DNA of 64,000 nucleotides from Octopus vulgaris (taxonomy: Eukaryota), in NCBI GenBank assembly GCA_951406725.2, contig OX597814.1, forward strand, positions 102,982,001 to 103,046,000. Reading direction: 5' to 3'. Under the pieces are notes generated by a model. It was not told the DNA's origin. It worked only from the letters and a program-made list of their open reading frames with translations, and made no database searches. Numbering within the stretch: the stretch's first letter is position 1; the number at the start of each line of letters is the position of its first letter. This document shows positions 10,480 to 22,274 of the stretch, piece after piece. The position numbers were made by a program, and so were the translations under genes.

Positions 10480-12345
10480 ACCCTACATTTGTCCCCTGTT
10501 CTTTGGAGCTGAACTGTTTGGCCTCACTAAGCCCAATCATGACCTCCGCCTCATAGCAGTTGGTTGTACTCTGCGACGGCCCACAGCAAAAGTGTGTCTG
10601 TCCTCAGTTTCTAACTGCCTGTCCGCTGAATTTTCCCCTATTCAACTAAGCTAGGTTGTGAGGCTGCTGCTCATGATACTAGGGCCTTCACCAACTTACC
10701 CTTTGAGTCCCCAAAGGTCATTCTCAAACTAGACCTTAGGAATACCTTCAATTCCATCAGTCGGGACGTCACCCTAGAGTGCAGTAAGGGAGAACGCCCT
10801 ACAGTTTTATCACTTGACCCTCCTACCTCTCCTTAGGTGATCACCTCATCGCATCTGCCTCTGGGGTCCAACTGGGTGACTCACTTGAACCTGCCCTGTT
10901 TGCACTGGGTATTGATGATGTTACCAAGATGGGAGCTAACCTAGACTTAAATGTCTGGTATCTTGATGATGCTTGTTGGTGGTGGTGGTGGTGGGGGGGG
11001 GGTCCTGAGCAGGCCCTCACAACTGTCAGGACAATGATCAAGGAACTAGATTGTAGGGGCCTTAGCATCAAGAGTTCCAAATGTGAGCTCTAGCTCCTCA
11101 ACCATCCAGCTTCACAAGAGCAGACTGTAAATCTGTTTACAGATTCCTTCCTCTCTATTGCCGTTGAAGCCCCAGTTGCCAACTGATCCAAAATGGCTAA
11201 CCTTGAACAACTTTTAAAAAATCTTGAGGTAATCAAGACCCACCAAGTTTTTTTTTATACTTAAGAATTACTTGTTGATCCATAAGTTATTGTATTTTCT
11301 CAGAGTTAGTCCCTCTTATTGATTCTTGTCATCTCTCCAATGCTTTCATGACCTAATCTTCAGGAAACTTGAATGCTTGGTCACCATCAGACTCTCCCCA
11401 GAGTCCCACGACCAAGGTGCTTTGCCCAAATGGTTTGGAAGTCTAGGTCTGTGCAACTGCTCCTCTGTCTCTTCCCTGTTTTCTTTCCTTCATCCATACT
11501 TGCTCCCTTTTAATAGACAACATTTTCTCCTCTCCAACAAGGAGAGGGATGAAGCTCAGCTACAGTGGAGAGAGCTGGGTTTGTCAGTTCCTGCTACAGT
11601 TGAGAATTGATGGGACAATCTGCGTTCAGGTGCTACTTTGAACTCCTCGATCTGTCTGATAGATTTTCAAGATGTTGCCTACTTTCTTCTAGTGCAAAAT
11701 TCTTGGGGTCTGGATTGATGCCCTGCTTGTGGCCAACTTTGGAGCTCTACTCAGTCTTGATGAGCTCTGTATCTCTATCACACTCAGAGTGGGAGCTGAT
11801 GTCTGTAGGGAACGGAGATGTCACTGTGGTAGGTCCCTTAATCCCACAGGTTTTCACAGTCTATCTTGCTGCCTAAATGCTGGTTGCTAAACTTTATCAT
11901 TAAGTGGTCCCTGGCTCAGATTAATATTATCTCAGTTCTGGATCTGGCAGGATTATCCAGAAGTGATGGAAAGAGACCAGATGGTCTTATCATCTCTGGG
12001 TAAAAGGTAGGTATCTCATCTGAGATGCCATGGTCTGTGACTCTTGCTCCCTCCCACTTCCTGGATACTGCAAGAAGTGAGAGAGTCACTGCTTCCATAG
12101 CTGAATGGAACAAAACCCTGAAGTATTGGGACCTGGCAGTGAACTATCCCTTCCAACTTGTGGAGTTTTAAGATGTTTGGAGGGATTGGGTCACTAACAG
12201 TGAAGTTCTTGTCATCACCAGCAGCTTGCCTTACTGAGGTCTCAGGTGATGTCTGCAAGGGTGCTTGGCTTTTCCGTCTTAGCCTCGCCATTGCTCATGG
12301 TAATGCCACGTGCATGCTCGCTTGCTTCGGTAGGTTCCATTGAAT
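10480..12345 (+). mobile_element. Degenerate CRE-like non-LTR retrotransposon (RT + restriction-like endonuclease)
   Basis: LRLIAVGCTLRR, KVILKLDLRNTFNS, GVQLGDSLEPALFALG..NVWYLDD (10863-10970), RSDGKRPDG (11959-11985), AE..K..KY.DL, LSLAIAHGNA. Many stops and frameshifts. Confidence 0.75.
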
Positions 12346-12973
12346 CTTGTGGTGTGTGACTGATTGAAGCACTTCGTGCTGCTTTGATGTTTTTTCTTTC
12401 TTTTCTCTTTTTTCTCATTCTCTTGCTTTGTTTTTTCTTTGTTTTTCTTTTTGTATTTTATAGTTGATAGCTTCCGTTACCTAGGTGACCAAGTCAGTAG
12501 CAGGGGAGAATGCTCTGAGAGCATAGCTGCTAGAATCAAAATATCCTGGACAAAGTTCAGGGAGCTCCTACCTCTGCTGGTAACAAAGGGCCTCTTGTTC
12601 AGAGTGAATGGTAGACTGTATGATACATGTGTGCGAACAACCATGCTACACGGCAGTGAAACATGGGCTGTGGTTGCTGAGGACATGTGTAGGCTTGTCA
12701 GTCCTCAGTCAAACCATCCAACCCATGCCAGCATGAAAAGCAGATGTTACATGATAAAGATAGTGATGATGATGCTGTATCATATACTATGTAATAAAAT
12801 TTTACCAATTGCAATAAACAGCTTTCATACTCTGAAAAAAAGGAATAATGTTATATTCTAATTAGATAATTAATAATCAAAACAAAATATATATTGAATA
12901 ATTTTATGTAATTGAAGGCATACAATATATCTCTTTAACTGCCACTGGTTAAGGGGTACTATGACTTATACAA

Positions 12974-13383
12974 TGCTGTTCTATATTTTTGAGATTAGGA
13001 ATTCTGTACATTATTTACATTGGACAGATAAGTGTCCCTATCTTTGTTTTACCACAACGTTTTGGCTGATTTACTCTCCAGCCTTCATCAGGTGGTAGAA
13101 TATGGCAAATGGTATTAAGGAAAGATACAAAAATATTAGGTTTATAAGCCCTGAAATTCATTTAGTGTTATGGTTAAGAGCGTGGGCTACTAACCACAAG
13201 ATTGTGTGTTCAATTCCAGGCAGTGCCTTGAATAAGTAATAATAACATCATCAAAAAAATACCCAGGGTTGGGTTCAAAATCCTAGCAGGACGCCTGATG
13301 AAGGCTGGAGAGTAAATCAGCCAAAATGTTGTGGTAATAACAAACAAGATGAGGACTCATATCCGTCCGATGTGAATAATGTA
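12974..13383. mobile_element. Short element with inverted hammerhead-like repeats around a tRNA-like head, 13-bp TSD
   Basis: Arms 13007-13092 and 13294-13383 are reverse complements, each with CTGATGA-AGGCTG..CAGCC-AAAAY. TSD ATGACTTATACAA at 12961-12973 and 13384-13396. Confidence 0.75.
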
Positions 13384-14689
13384 ATGACTTATACAAGTTG
13401 TAACACCGTTACTCTGTAAATACATCGGAGTTTATTTCTGGTAGGATTTGGCACTTAAAGTTGGTTGTTGATCTGTTTGGTGTAGTGGAGATGTGTTGTG
13501 GCAACTATATACTTTTATACACAATATTAGAATGTAGACAATAGTTCCTCAAGGGACTATTGATTATTTTTTGAAGTTGTATGTCTTCTTATCTCAAGTT
13601 ATGTGCCGTTGCACTATTTGTTGCTTCTGCATATTATTAGTCCTATCATTAATGCTATCAATACCACCACCACCATCATTATTAATATTGTTGTTATTAA
13701 AGCTGCTGTAGAAGCTGTCAGTATTATAGTTGTGATAGTGATGATTGTTGCTTGCTATATTATCCATATTATTCAGGGTGAGTGTAGCAATATCAGTAGG
13801 GGTCAGTTGACCATGTTTGCTATTGTAGCCCCAATAAATAACATTACTGTGGTAGCTGACAGTTACTTCAGACTATCATCATCTGTTGTCCATGCTGGTA
13901 TGGCATGGCTTGGATGCTTTGACCAGAGCTGGAAAGCTGCACCAGGTTCCAGTCTGATCTGGCATGGATTTTACAGCTGGATGCCCTTCCTAATGCCAAC
14001 CACTTTACAAAGTGCGCTGGATGCTTTTATGTGGCACTGGCACATAGGACTCTTGCAGGCCAATCCTCTTCACTGGGCACCAGGTGGGGCAGGGGCAGCC
14101 TCAACATTTCTCCTGTGTTGTATGAATCTTCTTAAGTACAGTCAGGTGCCAAGCATCTTGCTCCTTAAGGTTCAGCATCCGAGGTCATCTTTCAATACTT
14201 TGTCCCATGTCTTCCTGAGTCTCCCACTTTCACGTGTTCCATCTAATTTCAGAGATCAGCACTTCTGTATGGAGCTGTTGGCATCCATCTGCATCACATG
14301 ACCAAGCCGGTGCCATCATCTCTCTTGCACATTGCATCTAATTCCTCTTATGCCTAACTTCTCTCTCAATACACTTTCACTCTGTTGACCATGTACACTT
14401 ACATTACTCATTCAGCTGAACATGCTAACTACATTCCACTCCTACCTTTGCATGTCCACTGCATTCAGGGCCCGTGTCCCATTACCATGTAGAATTGTTG
14501 TCTGTGTATATGCATCATATAATCTTCCTTTCATTGGAGAGAGAAACCACTAAAGGTAACAGCTCTCTGAATTTCCTCCATCCTATTCTTATTTTAACTA
14601 TCACACTCTCCATGCATCCTCCCCCAACTACTAATTTGGTCCCCTGGATCACAGAAATTATCTACAACTTCTAATGAGCCACCAGGGCA

Positions 14690-15392
14690 TTTGAGGAATC
14701 ATGAGCGACAGAGCATGTCTTGAGAGAAAAACAGGGCATAAGAGGCATCAGATGTGGTGTGCAAGAAAGATGAATGTGCTGGTATGGTCATGTAATGCGT
14801 ACGGATGAGGACAGCTGTGTAAAGAAGTGCCGATCTGTAACTGTGGATGGAACCTGTCGAAGAGGTAGACCCAGGAAAACATGAGATGAGGCGGTGAAGG
14901 ATGATCTTTGAATGTTGGGCCTCACAGAGGTGATGACTAGTGACTGAGACCTTTAGTGAGATGCCATACTTGAGAAGAGTCCTCAAGCAGAGTGAAGTCG
15001 TAGTGATGGCCATTGCTGGTGTCATGTAAACGGCATCCATGAAATTGTAATCGTGGCCATTGCCGGCCGCATGATCTTCAAATGTTGGACCTCATGGAGG
15101 TGAAGGACAAAGTGGTGAAATATGATCTTCAAATACTGGGCCTCATGGAGGCAGTGACAAGTGACTGAAACCTTAGCAATATGACTCATGAAGTCAAGTG
15201 AGTCATGGCCATTACCAGTGGGACATAAAAAGCACCCATTACACTCTCAGAGTGGTTACTGTTAGAAAGGGCATCCAGCCGTAGAAATCATGCCAAATCA
15301 AACTGGAACCTGTTGCAGCTCTTCAGCTTACCAGTTCCAGTCCAAGTGTCTAACCCATACTGGCATAAAAAGCGGACGTTAAGTGATGATGA
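14690..15392 (+). mobile_element. RTE LINE 3' fragment (head-to-head with a minus-strand RTE fragment at ~13880-14690)
   Basis: GIRGIRCGVQER..WYGHV..DEDSCVKKC..GRPRKT; (GAT)n tail. Confidence 0.8.
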
Positions 15393-15489
15393 TGAATTTC
15401 CTGAGTCTCTAGAGTTTTTATGGATCCTGTGCATCTTCCACATGCAAACATTAATGTGTACACCACCTGGAGTTCCTGCCTACACCTTT

Positions 15490-16745
15490 CCTACAAATTG
15501 AACAAGGCTACCTACCTGAAGGGGTAGGGTCCTGCCTGTTTTCTTGCTTTCTAAGACCTTGGTCTTTACTAAATTAACCTTAAGCCCTTTGATTCTAGGT
15601 TTAGCTTCCACACCTGGAATTTTTCTTCTAACTCTTGATATGGAAACTGCAATGATGGGGAGATGGTCACCATACAGTAGTTCCCACGGGCTGCCAGTCT
15701 TCAGTTCCTCTGCTATTATCTGGAGGACAATGATGAAGAGGAGATCAACTAGCTGAGTACATCTCTTGCAGTTGCCAGACTATGAAATAGCGTCAGTCAT
15801 GCTTCTTCCCTGGACGAAGCCAAACTGCATTTTGTCTTGCCTAATTCGGCTCCTAATTAATTGGGCTATAATTGTCTCTGTAATTTTCATCACCTGAGTT
15901 TGATGTCTCTATAATTGCTTCTACCTAAAGCATCACCCTTACCCTTGTAGCAGCTAACAATAATGCTGCTATGCAAGTCACTGGGGGGTGGGGTATGCCT
16001 GCCTCAATAACCTAATTAATTATGCAGGTGACTAGCCTGTATCCTACCTTACTGGATATTTTGAGCATCTCAGCTGTGATTCCGGGTGGACCAGGGGCTT
16101 TCTTGGTTTTCATGTCTTTAAATTGCCTTATCTACCATACTGCTGTCCACTAGGATAGCTGGTCCCTCTGTTGGGTTCACATGTGGGAGACTTCCTTTTA
16201 TCCCATTCATGTGTCGGTGGCACATAAAAAACACCATCCGAGCGTGGCCGTCTGCCAGCCTCGTCTGGCACCTGTGTTGGTGGCAGATAAAATCACCCAC
16301 TACACTCTCGGAGTGGTTGGCGTTAGGAAGGGCATCCAGCTGTAGAAACACTGCCAGATCTGACTGGCCTGGTGCAGCCTTCGGGCTTGCCAGACCCCAG
16401 TTGAACCGTCCAACCCATGCTAGCATGGAAAGCGGACGTTAAACGATGATGATGATGATGATGATGATTCTCTACAATCAACAGTCTTGCATAGTAACAT
16501 TTCCATGCCTCTTTCTTGTCCATATCCCTAAGTGCAAACATACCATTATCCATCCGCACACACTTCTCTCTCCCACAATATCTCAATTCTCACTGACACA
16601 CTGTAGGACTTTGGCAAACCTCTTCTTTTCTGCTTCTATCCTAGCTAGATAAACCTGATGTCTAGCTTCTCTTTTAGCGTTTGGATATGATTCTTTGCTA
16701 ACCCCCCCTCTCCATTCTTTCTGGACCTATCTATTCTCTTTTATG
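15490..16745 (-). mobile_element. RTE LINE RT fragment interrupted by a + strand RTE 3' tail (16210-16468)
   Basis: Minus strand reads KEAWKCYY, PTEGPAI, QFGFVQGRSMTDAI, WELLYGD. Confidence 0.75.
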
Positions 16746-17799
16746 GACTGGTCTTATAATAATAATAATAATTATTATTATTATGGATACCTACATTATT
16801 ATTATTATTATTATTGCCATTAATGATATACTGTTGGATGTGTACAATTGCTATTATTACTATTATGCTTGCTATTGTCACTAATAGTAGTATGACCAAC
16901 AGTATTGGTGCTATTAATGTTATTAGTTTACATTCTTTATGTTGTTTTCATTTTTATCACTTTTAAGGTTTTGTTCCTATAAATATTCAGCAACCAATTG
17001 TGGTCGTTGCCAGCCTATCCTGGCACCTGCGCTGGTGGCACCTAAAAAGCACCATCCGTACGTGGCTGATGCCAGCGCTGCCTTGACTGGCTTCCGTGCT
17101 GGTGGCACATAAAAAGTACCAACCGATCGTGGCCGTTGCCAGCGTGCCATGGCACCTGTGCCGGTGGCATGTAAAATGCACCCACTACACTCACGGAGTG
17201 GTTGGCATTAGGAAGGGCATCCAGCTGTAGAAACACTGCCAGATCTGACTGGAGCCTGGTGCAGCCTCCTGGCTTCCCAGACCCTGGTTGAACCGTCCAA
17301 CCCATGCCAGAATGGAAAACAAACGTTAAACGATGATGATAACAAGTAATTTTTTTTACCGCATTTGAAGCAATTGGATTTATAGTTGACTGGGGGTAAT
17401 GTTGCTAGACAAGTGAGAAATAGGAACAGACCCATGCACTTCAGTATCTGAAGTTTCAATATATGAACATGTAGTCATGCTGTCAGCACTAGGTTTTTTA
17501 CACAATAATATAGTAACTGGATGCGAGTATTGTTTTATTGTGATAAAATAGCCCTCAGAGGAAATTGCTTTCCATTATTAATTTGACTCTATCAAGAGAC
17601 ATCTTGTTCTACTTTAGCAAATTAGATGTGAAAAAAGCGAATTAAAGAGTGAAATTAAAATATTATGAGGAATAATTAGTCTGTCATTATGTATCTTTAG
17701 ATAATGATGAAGCCATTGGTTATAAAGATTTAGATCAAATGTAACTATGAATTAATCCCTATTAGATTTGAAGGAAGAGATTACGTATTGATTTCTATA

Positions 17800-19670
17800 A
17801 TCTATAAGTCCCATCAAGATTGAGGGTGATGTGGTTGAATGATGCTGTAGACAAGGCCATTAGGGCAAAGACACAGGTCTGGAAGGACAGGAAGTGTGGG
17901 GATAGCAGGGAATTGTGTCAGATAGCCAGAAAGGAAGCTAGGGGGCAGGTGTATTTAACCAGGGAAGTAGTAGAAAAGAAGTTTGCCAGTGTTCTGTGAC
18001 ACGATGACCAGACACTTATAGTGTTTTGGATTGCAAGACAATGTGTGAGAGAAAATCATGTCAAAGGAGAGAGAAGTATGTCTGCATGGATGATGATGTC
18101 ACTTGCATTTAATGATTCTGCAAAGAAAGAGGCTTGGAAATGCTATTATGAAAGGCTGCTAAATGAGGAGAATAAATGGGAAGAGAGTCTGCCCAACGTT
18201 AACCCAACTGAGGGACCAGCTATCCGAATTGACAGCAGCTTAATAAATAAAGCAATTAGGAATATGAAGATAGGGAAAGCCCCCAGCCCATCAGGAATCA
18301 CATTTGGGATCTTAAAATATTTGGCAGTGTAGGTTTTGGTTTAGTCACCTGTATAGTTAACCAGGTGGTACACAAAGGAGTCTTACCTAATGACTGGTGT
18401 AGCAGCACCATAGTCAACTGCTACAAAGGTAATGTCTTAGATAGAAATAATTACAGAGGTATCAAATTGTTGGATCAGGTGATGAAAGTCATGGAGATGG
18501 TCATAGCCCAACTAATTATGGAGAGAGTCAGTCTAGATGAATTGCAGTTTGGGTTTGTGCCAGGGAGAAGCACCACTGATGCTATATTTCTGGTAAGGCA
18601 GCTGCAGAAGTACCTAGCCAAAGATAAGCCTCTGTACTTGACTTTTGTTGACATGGAGAAAGCCTTTGACAGAGTCCCTGCTCCATTATCTGGTGGTCAG
18701 TGCAGAAACTAGGGATAGATGAGTGGTTGGTGAGAGCTGTACAAGCCTTGTATGGAGATGCTGTCAGTAAGGCGAAGGTTGACAATGAGTATGGCAAAGA
18801 ATTCTGGGTAGAGGTAGGGGTTCACTAAGGTTCAGTCCTCAGTTCCTTCTTGTTCAGCATAGTTCTCAAGGCAATATCAGTAATTTAAGACAAGGCTGTC
18901 CCTGGGAGCTCCTCTATGCTGATGACCTTGTTCTTCTAGTTGAATCAGTACCAGAACTACAGAAGAAGTTTCAGGTGTGGGAGCAAGGCCTAGAATCGAA
19001 GGGTGTTAGATTTAACCTAGCTAAAATCAAAGTGTCAGTAAGCAGGAAAGCAAACACAAATCTCCTCAGATAGATGGTCCTGCTTGATCTGGAGGAAAGG
19101 CATAGGTAGAAATTCCATAAGATGTACTCTGTGTAAGCTATGGACACATAAAAGGTGCAGCAATATCAGAAGAAGGTTAATAGTGAAAGTAGTTTTTGTG
19201 TGTGGAAGGTGCACAGGTACATAAGAAGCATCAGATGTAATGTGCAAGAGAAACAACTGTGCTAGTATGGTCATGTGTTATGTATGGATGAGTACAGCTG
19301 TGTGAAGAAGTGTCTCACCCTAACAGTGGAGGAGGTAGACCCAGGAAAACTTGGGATGAAGTGGTGAAGCATGACCATTGAATGTTGGTCCTCACAGAGG
19401 CAATGACAAGCAACCAAGACCTTTGGAGATATGCAGTGCTTGAGAAGAGCCATCAAGCCAAGTGAGATCATAGTTGTGGCTGTTGTCAGTGGCATGTAAA
19501 AGCACTTATTACACTCTCAGAGTGGTTGGCATTAGGAAGTGCATCCAACCATAGAAATCATGCCAAATCAGATTGGAGTCTGGTGCAGCCCCTCAGCTTA
19601 GCTGCTCTGGTCAAACCATCCAACTCATGCCAGTATGGACAAAAGACACTAAATGATTATGATGATAATA
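17800..19670 (+). mobile_element. RTE LINE pseudogene (RT, PHD-like finger, 3' end)
   Basis: ORFs 18021 and 18365: GKAPSPSGI, NNYRGIKLL, QFGFVPGRSTTDAIF, FVDMEKAFDRVP, then LLYADDL. Confidence 0.9.
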
Positions 19671-20210
19671 TATATTGATTTCTAACATTGGTACAAGGCC
19701 ATATTTTGGAGAATGGTGTAGTGAATTAATCTGGCCTGGTACTTAACCTTTACATTAATGACAACCCTTGTAAAATGAAAGATAAAGTTGGTTTTGGGGA
19801 AATTTAAACTCACCAACTGAAAGGATTTCAACCCGAATAAAACAATCCACAAACCCAAGACACACTCTATCCAGTAGACATCCAATAAAATTAAAACAAC
19901 CCCACAACATGTACTGTATAGGTCAGATATCCAACAGAAGAACACAACTCGCATTACACACACAACACACAATACACATACTAATACCAGAAAAGACTCA
20001 AGCTAAAGCCCCTAACAAAACAAACTGATGCAATATAATACCAAGAAGAGTTTGTTACTCCTCGCAACAATGGGAAAAAGAAAAAAGAATACACATGCTA
20101 CACACACCTCAGCAACATAGGGGTGTGGCAGGTGATACAGTAGAAATTTACCTGAAGCTATTGAATAGCAAATAACAACAACAACAACAACAACAATAAT
20201 AATAATAATA

Positions 20211-20752
20211 AAAATCCAAGCTGTAAATACATGGGTGATAGCTTTGCTTTGGTGTCAGACTGGCAAAAGAAAGAACTATAAGCATGGAAGATAGAGAAAA
20301 TATTGATAGTGCTCTGAGCATTCTATCCAAGAGTGACACTGATAGGTTGTACTTGTCCCAAAAAAAGGACGGGAGAGGTTTGATCAGTTGCTAGGATTGT
20401 ATTGAAGCAGAGTAAAACAACTTAGGGTGCTTTGTAAAAAACCATTGCTTAAGACATGTGAAGAAGTCTGGCATCTTCAGAAGTGATAATTGTATAAAGA
20501 AAGAAAAATTTAAAGAGGAAAAGGACACAAAAAAGAAATAGCATGGAAAGCAACAAAAAAAGGTACAAGGAGTTTGCAAGAGGTATGAATGCCAAGAGAG
20601 AGACAGAAGAGGAGTGATGTGAAGATAGAGACAAGCATTTATATGTGTGGCACAAGAACAAGCATTAAGGGCCAACTATGTGAAGTGTAGAATTAATTAC
20701 ACAATAGAGACCGACAGATGCAGAATGTGTGGTGAGAGGGGTGAAATCATAT
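20211..20752 (+). mobile_element. R4/Dong-like non-LTR element, upstream piece
   Basis: KIQAVNTW, SDTDRLYL..K..GRGL, AQEQALRANY..TDRCRMCGERGE (zinc knuckle). Preceded by (CAA)n(TAA)n. Confidence 0.7.
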
Positions 20753-20979
20753 AAACCCAGGCCTGTTCCCCATTTTTTTTAGAAGGGGGTAGCCACAGCA
20801 AGACACACACCAGCCATTCCATTTATTTCCCAGCTCAAAAGGGCAAGCCCCATTCTATGCTTGGGTCAAGGCATAGAATGCATCCCCCAATATCAGCAGC
20901 AGGGCTCAACAGCATACTAGTTTACCCCTGCCACATCATGTCGGTTCCGTACCCCTTTGAGCAACATCAATTTCACTCG

Positions 20980-21905
20980 TCCCTTCACATGCTTCAAGCT
21001 TTCCTATCATTTATAAACTCTCTTGCCTTTCTGACTCCAACACCTCTGACCACCAAAGCTTTCCTCACTTCATCCATCCACACAAACTGAGGTCTGCCTC
21101 TAGTTCTGCTGCCTACCACTACAGCCTTCATCACCCTCCTTACCATCCACTCCTCATCCATTCTCTTCATGTGGCCAAACCACCTCAACATTTGTCTATC
21201 CAATTTGGTTGTTAGTTTTTCTTTCATTTCTGCTCATCTTCGCACCTCCTCATTCCTCATCCTGTCCATCCATGTTGCACCAACCATAGCCCCCAGACAT
21301 CTCATCTGAAACATATCTAGTTGCTTTCTTTCTGCCTCTTGCAGCCTCCATGTCCCTGCACCATATAACATTGTCAGCACAATCACACTCTCATACACCT
21401 TTTTCGTTTTCATACTCAACCTTTTATCTCTCAGCATACCTTTCACAACTCCAAGTATCTTATTCCCCTACCTCCTCAGCCAACCCCACTGTCCATCACG
21501 TGATCCCAGATACTTAAAAACACTCACCTCCTCTAACAACTCACCATTTATACTCACATCCATTCTACCAGCCATTCCGTCTCTCAAACATCTCATCTTA
21601 ACTACATTCACTTCCAGTTTCCTCCTCTCACACACTCTTCCAAATTCTACCACCAGTCTCCTCAGTTGCTCTTCCAAATCTGCCACCAGTGCTGTATTAT
21701 CAGCAAACAACAACTGACTCACCTGCCATTTCTCTCCATTTTCTCCCACCATTTGGGCTCCCCTACCAACGGTTCTAGCATTTACCTCTCTCACCACACC
21801 ATCCATATATAAATTAAACAACCACGGAGATATCACTTAACTCCGTATTAACCCCACCTTCACATCAAACCACTCACTTCACCACTCATCCTAACACACG
21901 CCCTA
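20980..21905 (-). mobile_element. Second RTE-clade LINE family, RT C-terminal half
   Basis: ISPWLFNLYMDGVVREVNAR..VSQLLFADNTALVAD..FGRVCERRKL.VNV..FKYLGS; LYGAGTW; LRWFGHMKRM..GSRTRGRP. Confidence 0.85.
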
Positions 21906-22274
21906 CTTTCTGAGTATGACTATAAACTACATCTGGTAGTGGGACCTTGGGGCCCTGATTTCAGGGTTTGGGGAGGGTGGAACCACCTCTTAGTCACTAT
22001 TGTTCCCAGGTCTGCTCTGGCCTGGAGTGGTAGTACTTGTAAGGGTCCCAGCTATGGGTTAACTACAACTGAGGTGGGAGGGGGGTCAGTAGAATGCAGT
22101 TGCTGTATTCCCTGTGTGGTGTAAGAGGCGTCTAAAAGGGGCAGGAGTGAGGGGACTGGAAAGCCTCTCCTAGTAAATCTATATTCCTAAAAAGGCAGCA
22201 AGAGGGGTGAAATGATATGATATATTGTTAGTAAATGCCTGAAATTGGCAAAACACAAATACAAAGGGAGCACT

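Noticed and set aside
13603-14301. Longest ORF in the track (232 aa)
   Set aside because: A chance read-through of a decayed ATT/GTT-rich low-complexity tract joined to antisense RTE sequence; no domain or splice support.
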